From Phoronis australis (Eukaryota; Animalia; Phoronida), in NCBI GenBank assembly GCA_002633005.1, contig NMRA01000562.1, positions 1 through 44,874 on the forward strand: a stretch of DNA of 44,874 nucleotides, in the 5' to 3' direction. The notes beneath the pieces are model-generated. The model had not been told where the DNA came from. It saw only the letters and a program-made list of their open reading frames with translations, and did not search any database. The position numbers were made by a program, and so were the translations under genes. Positions 22,560 through 33,929 of this stretch are shown here, in pieces. Each line of letters starts with the position of its first letter. Positions within the stretch are counted from its first letter, which is position 1.

Positions 22560-23490
22560 GGCTCCTTTGATTGAGATCGCTGATATTGTTGGCAGGTTTC
22601 ACAGCTACCAACTAAGATGGTTATATCGTCGGAAATCCCACATCAGAAAACAGTGTCTCTGACGAGCTGTTGACACCTTGTGATGCCTTGATGTCCTTCA
22701 TGTATCTTTGCCAGATGAAGTTGTTGAAGGGTAGCTGGAATTATGAAGCGTTTCCCTTTCAGGATGAGGCCGTCTTCCAAGGTCAGTTCGTCTCTGAGTC
22801 TCCAGTATGGCCTGGGACTTGCTGGAAGTTCTCTCATGGTACTTGGGAAACCTGTGCTGATGAAAGCTGGACATATTTTTGTGTCTCGGAACGAATTTCA
22901 TTCAGTCGCTCAGACGAGAACTGAACAAAACAGACTTGTACGTCGAGGTGGATTTCACGATCGGTGGATGTCTTTGATGAGGGACTTCAGTTTATCAAAA
23001 GCTTGTTGATGTTCTGGGCACCACCGATTGTCGTAGGGGTCCCGATGTGTCGCGCAGCTTAGGAACATACGGTGCCAAGTACGTAGCCATTCCAAGAAAT
23101 GACTGTAGTTCAGTGACGTTGGAAGGTTCTTTGAGTTCGACGATTGCTCGCACCTTCTTCTGGTGTGGTCAAACACCATCTTTGAAATTAATGTTTCCAA
23201 ACAATGAGATTACAGGAACCTTGATCATGCACTTGCTTGGATTGAGCACAAGGCCCATCTTGCGAGCTCTCTACATCAGCGCATGAAGATTGTCGTCTTG
23301 CTCTTGATCAGTGCTGCCAAATACTGTGATGTCGTCCGCTGTAGACATGACGCTCTGTAAACAAGTAGGTATTTCGTCCATGGCTGCTTAAAACTAATCG
23401 TGGCTTGTTCGCAATCGAAAAGGAAGTCGCTGGAAACAAAAACGGCCAAATGGGCTGTTAAATGTGGTTTGGAGCTGGCTCTCTGCATCG
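22560..23490 (-). pseudogene. Gypsy pol remnants (RT, RT/RNaseH connection, integrase H2C2 zinc-binding)
   Basis: TADDITVFG (~23315-23345), LQSFLGMATYLAPYVP, WCPEHQQAFDKLK, YWRLRDELTLEDGLILKG...IHEGHQGITRC...CETCQ; frameshifts and stops. Confidence 0.9.
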
Positions 23491-24291
23491 AGTTGGACCA
23501 TAGATACTCGTAAAAAGATTTGCGACTACGTGAAGTCTCGCGGCCTAACGCAAAAGTACGTGAGCAGGATTCAAAACTTCCGGTCTCATGGCGTAGTATA
23601 GTAACGAAGATAAACGTTGGTTTTTATTTCGCGCACTTCAAGCAAATTTTTGAATTTGAAACTAATTTGCTGTGTTTAATGCAAACTAAATCGCGTATGC
23701 CAGCCATTCAAGTCGGATAATAGCTACGAAACGCGCCGGAACTAACTTTACAAGTTGTTGCCTGAATGCTGCGACAGTTCAACACCAGAATCGAGGCTGT
23801 TGGCCGAATGAAAAGGTCGAGTTAATTGGATAATACTTTTCTTCTACTCGAATTCTCAGTCGTTCACGATGAAATTTAGTTTGAATTTTGTGATTTTGTA
23901 TGAATTTTGGCTCGACCTAAATGTATTGGTTTCTCATTCGTCACTACGTCTACAATTCATAAGCCATAGCATACCAATATAGCCAAAGTTCAGCAAGAGC
24001 GAAATTTTGCCATTTTTCTTGATTTTCAGAAGCTCATATTTATTGGCATGAAAAGTGGTGGAAAATGAAAAGTATGCCAGCAAAATATTTAAACTTTTTT
24101 CTTTTTATTGTTATCCGTTTCAACAAATGAGGGCATTCATGAATATTTTTAAAAGTCGAAGTACTGCAGCACTAATGACAAATTTTTCACTCATCGGTAA
24201 ATTCTTGTGACTTATACTATAAGGTATAGAAGGGATAAATTTTCAGTTGCTAAATGGCCGTTACTGAGCCGATTTTTGTGATATGTATATC

Positions 24292-24449
24292 CAGGGGCGG
24301 GTCCAGGATTTTGTGTTAGGAGGACCATCCAGAGCAGAATATTAGCCAGGATTTTGCCCTTCAGACAATGGCAACCCCGAATTGCAAATGGAATCTGGGA
24401 GAATTTTAGGGGGTCTAGCCCCCTTGGCCCCTTCCTAAATCCGCCACTG
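24292..24449. mobile_element. MITE family B (CAGGGGCGG...CCGCCACTG) copy
   Basis: Near-collinear with 26287-26440 and the reverse complement of 31579-31732. Confidence 0.85.
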
Positions 24450-25923
24450 ATGTCAAACTGTTTGCTAAAAAAATCTGCCTTAAGTTCACACATTTACCGT
24501 ATTTGTTTTTTTTTTGATAAAAATGTAAGAAAATGTAGTCTTTTTAATTTAATGCTTTGCCAGTCTCTAACCTGGAAAATCCTGAAATTGTACTCTCAAC
24601 GTTACAATTACTATCGTGTCCTAATCCATTCCTCATCAACTTTTTTCACTTCATCTCACCATTTTCATTTAGGAATACTTCCAAAAAAGGTAAATTCAGT
24701 CATTTTTCAAGAACCATGCTGAGCTTTCCAGGGTCCAAACTGAACTCAAATTTGATTGGTCAAATGTATTAAACAGAACCAGTCAAAACTTCTCAAAATT
24801 ACATAAAGTGGCCCAAATTGGTGAAATATTTTCATTAAAACAGTACATAATATTTTTAAAATTCAATTTAACTTCAGTTTTGGGGATAGATTCAGTCATT
24901 TCTATTTTCTTCAAAAAGGATTTTTGTTACATTTTGTACCTCGTGGTGGTACTGTGATGAGTTTCATCTTTAAAAAATTATGTTTTGCATTAAAATGATT
25001 GTTTATTCAACGCTGCAGTGCATCAAAACCGTTTAGAATACAACTATGCTCTTTTTGGATGGTCCCTTACACAACGCCTCTCAATTCCTGTATTATTTGA
25101 CACAAATGACATTGATTTAAATTTCATTGAAATTTAATAGTCTAATGTAATTTTGTTTAATTAAAAATGCTCATAATCATTTTTATCATATGATGCGTAA
25201 CTTAAGATTGTGAAAACATTGATCTCACTTGGGAAAAAAGAATAATTCACATATCCTCAAAGATTCTTGAATAAATGACGAAATACTCTGAAAAAAAATT
25301 CTGGTTTTTGCTGTTTTTGAATTCATTTGTTACACCAATTTCATTTTTAGCATTGTCTTGAAATATTTTGGAACAAAAGAAATATTTTCACTGAACCATG
25401 GTAATGTTTTGTTGTTCTAAAAGTGGTTTGGTGACGATGCCTACTTGTAAAGGACTCCATCTTATTTTAGGAACACAATAAGCTATAGATTCCCAAATAT
25501 AGTTGTCTAAACTTGACATTTTTGTGGCCTGAAATTTTTGAGTGCTATTTGCTGAAAAATGACTATTTTGAGGCTCTAAAAATGAAATAACTCGAGAGCC
25601 GCCTAACCGATTTAAAAAATTCAAAAACTTGTATAAATGGCATGTCTAAAGCTACCATTTTTAGACTATGGCAGCCGATTTCATAAGGTGGTTTAACAAA
25701 ACCAGGTCTTAAACCTGGTCTTACTAAACATAGTCTAATTTTAGACCTAACTTGCATTTCACCAATGTGGTTTAAAAGTCTGAAAGCCTGGTTTTGTTAG
25801 ACCACGAAGCGGGTTTAGTAAAACTAGGTTTAAAGTATCCAAGCCACCCTGTGTTGATCCAGATTAACCCAACAACATAACTATTGAAGTGCTTCAATGA
25901 AACCTTGATCACGTGGGTACACA

Positions 25924-26098
25924 ATGGCGCACAGCAGTAGAATCAGTGTAGACATTTGCGAAAAAGGGCTAAAAGCTTTTCTCTCGAGGAAAAATGTTCA
26001 CTCCCATAACTGATCAGAGGAAAAGCCAATGTCGTGGTGGAGAACAAGAAAATTGGCGCCAAATCAAGTCAACGTAAGTAGCAGGCTTGGAGATATAT
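25924..26098 (+). pseudogene. Myb/SANT-like DNA-binding domain relic (Harbinger second protein)
   Basis: RKRAKSFSLEEKCSLP*LIRGKANVVVENKKIGAKSSQRK*QAWRYI resembles the Myb_DNA-bind_5 pattern R..NFS..E...L...IENKK......K..AW..I. Confidence 0.75.
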
Positions 26099-26286
26099 AG
26101 ATTGCAAAGAAAAACGGCGGGGGACCCAGTGGCAGATCTAGGATATCATGAGGAGATATTTTACATTTTGTATTGTCTGTGTCCAACACAAGTACACATT
26201 AAAGTACTTGTTCACGATTAACCGCAACATAGTAAATGCATATTTATTTCCGTGTCATTTTACTTTTTTGCGGCCAAAAGGGGGCA

Positions 26287-26440
26287 CAGGGGCGGATCCA
26301 GGATTTTGAGTTAGGGGGGACCAAGGCAGAGTATTAGCCAGGATTTTGCCCGTCAGATATTCGCACCCCGAACTGCCAAATATAATCTGGGAGAATTTTA
26401 GGGGGCATGCCCCCCTTGGCCCCCTCTAAATCCGCCACTG
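26287..26440. mobile_element. MITE family B copy nested in the Harbinger element
   Basis: caggggcggatccaggatttt...ctaaatccgccactg. Confidence 0.85.
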
Positions 26441-28559
26441 GGGCAGGACCCCTGCCCGGCAACCTTAAATCGGGGACCAATTGAGATGGACCTCGGCTAG
26501 AATAATCATTACATGCCTTTTTAGTCATACGGGCAGCGCTTGAGAGGATGATACTCTGCTCGAATTGTCATATTCTGAGGAACCCGAAGGACACCCTCCA
26601 GTACGTACTTTTCTACGAATAGGCGGATCCAGGGGTTAAAGGTGTCTTACGCCCATTTTCCTTTGACTTTAGTGATTTGTTGACCAAGGCCCTCCTTTTA
26701 AAAAATCCTTGATCCGACCCCCGCCCCCTAAAATTCTTGGTCCCCCCTGTTACGTTTGATCTTGTGTCGTCCCAAAAACTGAATATTGATAATAGTCCGT
26801 TCTCGCCCTAAAACTGCGTCGTAAATGCACACCACAGCATCATTCAGTTGTACCTATATCGTACACGTCTGCCATATTTAATAGTATTAAAACTGGGTCT
26901 AACCAAGTCTAAAGTTTAACCTGGTTTAAGATCTTAATACAGGTCTAAGTAATCTATACCTCGTTGGCGAAATGAAAACTGACATAGACCAAGTATAAAC
27001 TGGAGTTAAACCAGGTTTTACTAAACCACCTTTATGAAATGCAGATTATCTTTAAACTTGGTCTAAGTCCAGTTTAAACCAGGTTTAACTTTAAGTCACC
27101 TTTATGAAATCGGCTGTTGAAGAGTTTTTGATGAAATTTGTATTTTGCTTTGTTCTGACAGCACTAGTTTGTAAAACATAGTATGCAAAGAGTGTTTTTG
27201 TATTCTTTCTCAGAAATGTATACAACACTTTATGTAATGTTGTTATGTTTTTTGCTGTTTGTCATTGTAAAAATCAATTCTACTGTATATTCGTGTTGCC
27301 AATTTTCACTTAACAATTGTAAAGCAAGGCAGGGGAATCCCAGACCCTTGCTACTTACTCATTGGAACTGGGAAAATAAAAAAAAAAAATGAAAAATGTC
27401 TGTTTTGTGTGTTCTGTGCCATCTGATAACCACTAAAAATACGACTGACAGAACACCTTTCATAACCTGAGTCTTTCCCTCTCATGTTCTCTAATTTCAA
27501 ATTTTGTGGTATTTTGTTTCAGTTGGTGGTTTCACTTCATGTTCAGTGGCGGATCTACGTTTTCAGTAAGGGGGGGGTTAGGATTCCCGCAAAGGTCGAA
27601 TCCGAAGCACCTGGCACAGAGTGGGGGAGGGGTAAACCCTAGAGCTCCAGAGGGCCCAACCTAAAAAATTGCAACAGAAGTTTTTTTGCATAAATGGCAT
27701 CTTCAAACATCCCTTGGTGTCAGAAAAAAAATCTACTGAAATCGGAGTGGCGGAAGTCGATTTTTCAAGATTGCGGAAAAAATGGCCGACAAAACCGGTG
27801 TTTACTGTTTTCTGGCATATTACTCTCATGTAACAGCTAAAAATAAAACAAAAAAGCGGCCGAAACGGCAATTTGGTACATGTTGCAAGATTTCTTTTTA
27901 TATTTTGCCCTGAAAATGGCAAAAGTTTTATTCTTTTGTAAGTTAGACAATTTGAAATATCTGGGCCTTACAATTGGTCACCGGTTTGCGAGAAAAAAAT
28001 CAAGATGGCTGACAAAATGGCTGCCAAAATGGCTGCCAATTCACAAACCCCAATTTACCGCATTTACGTTCTGCAAACTTTGTTTGTAACCTGATACGCA
28101 TTTACACAAAAACATTTTACAGTTTACAGTCAGGGTTAATGAGTTGATTGTTTGTTTTTAAGATTTACATACTAAATGTGGAATTTTAATCACATTTTAG
28201 ATTATACAACATAAAAGTTGGTGTGTTTTTCAGTAAAGGCTTTAGTTAAATTTTCATAATAAATATCACAAACTCTGGTGGAGTTATTGGCCTATTCATT
28301 ACACAAACCTTTAATAAAATTGGGCAGGAAGTCGTTTTTTTCTCTGCTATTGGAGATACTATTAGTTGTTTCCAAGCATCGATTTCGTGTGCTACTGACA
28401 TGTATTGAGAATTTGGCTGCTGATTTCACCTGAATTTCAGGAAAGCAAATAGGATTGTGTAACAAAAAGTTATTAATTAAATTTTAATAGTTAGGACTCC
28501 CAATTTATTTAATATGCATGCTTTTTATGAACATAGGTAACTGATTTTAGAGGAAATTA

Positions 28560-29665
28560 TTGCCAGCAAACAAAACGACTGTGATCTGCAGTCACTTGTT
28601 CTTAGCCAGGCTTGGAAGATTTCATACTGAGATGAGCATTCTGGAATGTATTGGATACGTAATGTCAGGCACAAGGCTTCAAGAAGTTCTTGAGGCGGTG
28701 CATGCATCAAACAATGTGATCCTTATGTTAAATGGAAAAAGTGTGGATAGAGCAGTGAGGGGGCATATGTTGGTAGACTCAACACAGAATGCTATCATAA
28801 ATGCCAGCACATTCAACATCCCACTTCCAAATATTGATAGATAAAGTAACGCCAACCCAAAACCAATGAAGAAAGAAATTCAGGCTCTTCAGAAATTCCA
28901 ATAGTCCGGAATGTCACCAACACAGAACACTCAGAAGATTCCATGCCAAGAGGTGGAGTAGTTCAATGCTTGTACACACATTTTGGCTCGTCAGAATATG
29001 GAGACAGAATCTTCAAACATTCCAACGTATCACATAACTAAATAGAAAGACAAAGATTGTGAAGAGTGACGAATCCTCAGTTTTCAGAGATGTTTTTCTA
29101 CAGTTTTGTTTGGAGTTCATTGAATCAAAGCTTCTAACCTATGGGGATGTAATTTGCCTTTCAAAACTAAAGCAAGACTTTGAAGCTGTTCTTCAGAAAG
29201 CTGGTGTGCATGAAGTTATTTGGACAGGCAATCTTAATAAACACTATTGAAGCTACTCACTGTTGTAGTTTGTGCCCGACTAAGAGATACGAAAGTGAAT
29301 CGAGGCTAATGTTCAATAATTCACTTGCTGACTCTAATTAACACAGCCTATTATAAGATATTTTGAATCAAACGTTTGCCCAAATCCTGCCCGCCTCCAA
29401 ACAAGGACTCAGCGTTTGACCCTTCATTGCATGCGGGTCAATCACCAGTGAGCAGTGCTGTACCCTCTCTTATCGACCATAGTTGGCTCATTGGCGGTGG
29501 AGCTTTGCAGTTAAAATGTATGACAATGACCACAGCTCCATTGGCAATACAAAATGATGAAGGCTGCAAGTGCAAAAGAACATTTGTACTGGGAAACTGA
29601 GTTTGTGCTGCAATGCTGGGTCAAACTGTACAGAAATTTGCAGCTGTGACAACTGTAGTAACATC
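28560..29665 (+). pseudogene. Academ-type transposase fragments
   Basis: RLGRFHTEMSILECIGYVMSGTRLQEVLEAVHASNNVILMLNGKSVDRAVRGHMLVD (28560-28844) and a frameshifted C-terminal Cys cluster CKCK...CCNAGSNCTEICSCDNCSN (~29565-29663); recognised from memory of the family. Confidence 0.7.
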
Positions 29666-30694
29666 AGCAACGCTGACTGCATAACATTGGATAGTTCTTT
29701 GACAAGTCAACCCTAAATAGACCTCCAACCACGTTATTTCATGTTTTTTGTTTTTAAAAGTGAATTTTATTTGTTGATTAAGTCATAAAAATTACATACT
29801 TTGATCATTGTTATGTATTTGTCTCATACTGCGTGCTAAACGCTGTCAGAATAATCTATTATTTTCATACAGTCTGTGTACACATTCACAGAGATCATTC
29901 AACTTTTGTTGTTTTTGTACTATAACGTATTTCTGGTGTATTATGCAAACAAGCTATATTTTACACCACTAGTCAATGGTTCAGTCATTGAGGCACAAAT
30001 TTTGTCCAGTCTCAAGTGTATTGTGTTACTTTTGTTGCCAGACAATGCCAGAATAACCTCCTAGTAATATTCAGACTTAGTTTGCATTTCTGTCACTAGG
30101 TGTCACTATACATTTTTAGTTTCACCGTTTACAATTAGTATACAATAGTAAAACATGTAATGTGAGTGTATTATTGTTCAATACAATGACATCGATGGGA
30201 CCATATTACTTGTTTTACAAAAAACATATCAAAAACTGTTGTTTTTACAAATATAAGTTCTCTATGGTGGTTCTTATGCAACTTCACACTCAAATTTCTA
30301 AAAAATGTGCAACTTTATATGTGGGAACTTTTTAGATTTTGAAAACACTCTAGTAAATGAATTAAAATACACCAAAATAAAATTTGCCCCCCTAAAGTAC
30401 TCATAAAAAAACATTTTCTAGAAGCCCTACAAATTCTGGCCCACCGCCTAATGGTGTTCTATTCAGACCCCTATTCAATACAACCTTTTGTTGTTTGTGC
30501 GGTGACCTCGCTGTGACGCAACATGGCACGAAAAGGCAGCTTCACTTATCGTTTGAGGGGCTTACACTTGTGTGATTGAAGTCAAGTTTTCATATTTTAC
30601 TAAGGATTTGCTAGGACTATCTGGTTAGCCTAATACATCTAAAGTAACAAAATTCCGTTGCCATGTCTCTGGGTTCTGTGATGTGTTTCACACA

Positions 30695-30705
30695 CGCTGC
30701 CACCA
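30695..30705 (-). other. Primer-binding site complementary to the tRNA-Leu 3' end
   Basis: Plus strand cgctgccacca immediately precedes the LTR; equals the 3' end (...CGCUGCCA-CCA) of metazoan tRNA-Leu(AAG). Confidence 0.75.
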
Positions 30706-30913
30706 TGTTATATTATGGATGGTTGTAGTAGACATTAGAGAAATATAGATTGGCTAGGAACAGTATACATGTGGTTTATTCTAATATGGCGCAGACCGGA
30801 AGAAGGGAGAGAGAGGGAGCTCTCTAGTACAGGAAACATGGTTTCAATATACAGTAACATTATAGTCCATAGACACTAGTAGAGTCCACAGAGAATAGTG
30901 CAATATTATGACA
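30706..30913 (-). repeat. 5' LTR (208 bp)
   Basis: tgttatattatggatgg...gcaatattatgaca. Confidence 0.92.
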
Positions 30914-31578
30914 CTGAGCTGTCAGAACAATGGGTACAATGTCGGAACAATGAGCTGTTGTAATAGTGTTTTTTCCGGAATAGTGTCTGAAGCCCGATTT
31001 CGCACGCGCAGGAAACCCTAACCGTGGACCAGTACTCGACAGGCGGTTGTTTTCGGTGGACAAGCCTGCGCCACTGCGTCTAACAACCAAAGTATTATAT
31101 ACAAATAAGTAAAAAATGCACTAGAATTCAAACTCGTACATTTTTGGACTAGTGAACCTTCGGAGTACTCTCATGTAGCCGTTTAAATGTTGAGGAGTAA
31201 GTTCTGAGATTCAACTAGCCCATGTGACTCAGTGCCGTACAGTTTGTAGCCACGTCGGCAGGCTCAGCCATACACTGTGTCTGGTTGCCGCGAGTCTACG
31301 CGCATTTTGGGTTTTGAGAACTAACATTTTAAGTTGTTTGCCTACGCTCAATGGTTCAAGGAACTTACCTGGAATTTTAAAGCGACAGTGAAACCCAACT
31401 TTTGTCCAGGAAACGAGCTTTTTTATTGAGACCTCTTACCACACTGAAATTTGTTTCAACGTGTTCCTTACTCAGATGGGAAGCAATTTAATGGCTTGCA
31501 AACAGGTGACAGTTTGTTCTCCCTCGAGTCCATGGTCGGTACATAGAATGACATGTCATGACAAGACAACAAGCAGAC

Positions 31579-31732
31579 CAGTGGCGGATTTAGAGGGGGA
31601 CAAGGGGGCCATACCCCCTAAAATTCTCCTAGATTCCATTTGGCAGTTCGGGGGTCCGAATGCCTGACGGGCAAAATCCTGGCCAATACTGTGCCATGCC
31701 CCCCCCCTCAACTCAAAATCATGGATCCCCTG
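31579..31732. mobile_element. MITE family B copy (inverted)
   Basis: cagtggcggatttagaggggg...aaaatcatggatcccctg. Confidence 0.85.
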
Positions 31733-33700
31733 TAGGCCCTGGTCTGAAGGATTAACTCTCAGCGCGTCTTTGGTTTGATTTCTAAGGAATAATTTGGGAC
31801 CAATTTTAAAAATAATGGCAGATTTGTTTTTTGTAATGGAAGTTGGATTTATAATCATTTTAAATAAATAATTCTACATAGATTTTATATCATTTTGCCT
31901 GGTTGATTTATGTTCGCGTATGCAACTGAACTATCCTGGGAGATGCACGTTACCAACTGGGTGTCGTGGCCAGCTATTTAGCATTGAATGTTTCAATCCT
32001 TAAACTTATATGTTTATACTTTAATCATGTGGCGTGATTGGTTAATGCCGTTATTAACTCACGTTACGCCGAAGTAACTTAACATTTGATTTAGACTACT
32101 TACCACTTTATAATTAGTCCCAGCTAAATTATTGGTTATGAAAATTGACACATACGTTCTTACAAACACAAGGTCGACTAAAGTTGATTTTCGGACGGGT
32201 GCGTCTGGAGTGGTGCCCAACAGTGCCGCTTTTGTGCATCTGCGGCTTTGCCTCCGAAACCCCTTGTAGGATCTTTTGGAAATTTGGCAACTATATTCCA
32301 ATGTACTTGGCAACAGATGGATCTATCCGACTGCCGCTGCGCCTCCTAGTGGCAATATGATTTGCCCCTGTATCTGCCGTTACTTGACGAATTTTCATGA
32401 AAATTGGTGGATAGCTTTTTATTGTAGAAATGACGTCGTATTATCATTTCGTTGGACGTAGTCTGTGTCACCCAGAGGTCATTTTACGGTTCTAGAAGTA
32501 CACCGTTTGCGGTACAGAACTGAAGTGGACGCAGTTCAACGCGTCGCGTCGCGTTGAACTCGTTCATTTTTGAGATCATTCTCAGAAATATCGTGGCCTG
32601 CTTCATATTTAGGGTACAGTTTGCTTTGTTTTTCATTCACGGTTACTGACTGCACTTAAATTCCCTTTTGTGTATAAACCGTGAAACGTTGGGTACAGAA
32701 GACCTATAGAACCATTTTTGACTACGTGTGGGGGAAATTTGTTTTGATGTTTTGATATCACAAACCATTGTATTTTATAACAGTAAAATGCATCCATGTT
32801 TAAACATGCACATTTCTATGAAATTCAACTTTTGAATTACAGAATTGGGCACTGGATAAAATTTAGTGACATTGGGTGTCCATAACGTGTGATACCGCGA
32901 GACGGTTTTCTCTAGACTGCATCAGGTCATAAAAGCACACTGTTTTTATTTTTTAACATTAAAATGCAAATTAAAGGCAAATGTCTGAAGTTATGAGTAT
33001 CACCTGGTGCGGAAATTTGTAATTGTCATTGCAAACATTTTAATATTGTTTTTGAAGTTGTAAACAGAAGTGTATTTGCAAACGTCTAGTTAATTTGATA
33101 TTACATTTACAAATCGTTCTTAGATGTAATCGGAAAGTGCTTGGTTTTCCTAAAAAAGTTCATTTAACTTACACAAGACCATCGTAAAGATTCACTCTCA
33201 CTTAATTCGAAATCTCGTCCCTTCTTTAATCCAATATTGATGTTACTTGGTAACTGTGAGTATTATTAATTTAACAAAGTTAGAGTTAACCTTACAACAG
33301 CAGTAGAAAACCAGTCTTACTTTTGTATCAAATTATGCAAGGACTCACACTTCTTGTATTTTTGACCATTCAAAAAAGTTCTCAATTTTTAGAACGTTTA
33401 GATTCAGTGAAATATTGATTTGACATTTTAAAAGCAAAATGGATTTCCTAAAAAGAAATTGATTGGATTGCCAACAGTAAGTGAAAAAAGAGCTGGTCCC
33501 TAAATTTCCATTCTCCCATCCAACTGCTTCTCAGACGATGTTCCCTCAGCCTGATGATACAACTACCCGACGTTCCTCCACCTCCATGTACATGTACTCC
33601 CGGCTGTGTTTCATGCAACCGGACAAAGAAGTCCTAAGTCACTTTTTTAAGAAACAGATATCTGGCGTGATTATCGCGAGCTTTTAGTCATTTAAAGTCC

Positions 33701-33929
33701 ATGGCACCAATTCAGTACAATAAATTTTTTCAGATCATGATATTCATTTCACTGAGCACGGTCTATTTGCTGTTCCTCGCGTGCTTTCTGGGATGGATTC
33801 TGCACTGGTTCTCCTGCGTGTATCGTTCAGACCTTCCTCCGGGACCTACACCGCTGCCTATCGTGGGGAACGTCCATCAGCTAGCGATGCAGGGATCAGA
33901 CAAGTTTCTGGAGACGTTGAATAAGTGGG
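33701..33929 (+). CDS. First coding exon of a second microsomal cytochrome P450 (family unresolved); no further exons recognised in the window
   Basis: Hydrophobic anchor then DLPPGPTPLPIVGNVHQL...FLETLNKW, followed by G|gtaagt donor at 33930. Confidence 0.85.

Larger units (their letters stand above)
25672..27116. mobile_element. Internally deleted PIF/Harbinger transposon
   Basis: TIR cagccgatttcataaggtg / cacctttatgaaatcggctg; subterminal aaaccagg/cctggttt repeats; Myb/SANT relic on + and possible transposase N-terminal relic on -. Confidence 0.8.
21575..30913 (-). mobile_element. Degenerate Ty3/Gypsy LTR retrotransposon (Mag-like) with nested insertions
   Basis: Two TG...CA LTRs; 5-bp TSD ctgag (21570-21574, 30914-30918); PBS TGGTGGCAGCG; PPT agaaaggggga; RT and integrase remnants on minus strand. 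Confidence 0.92.
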
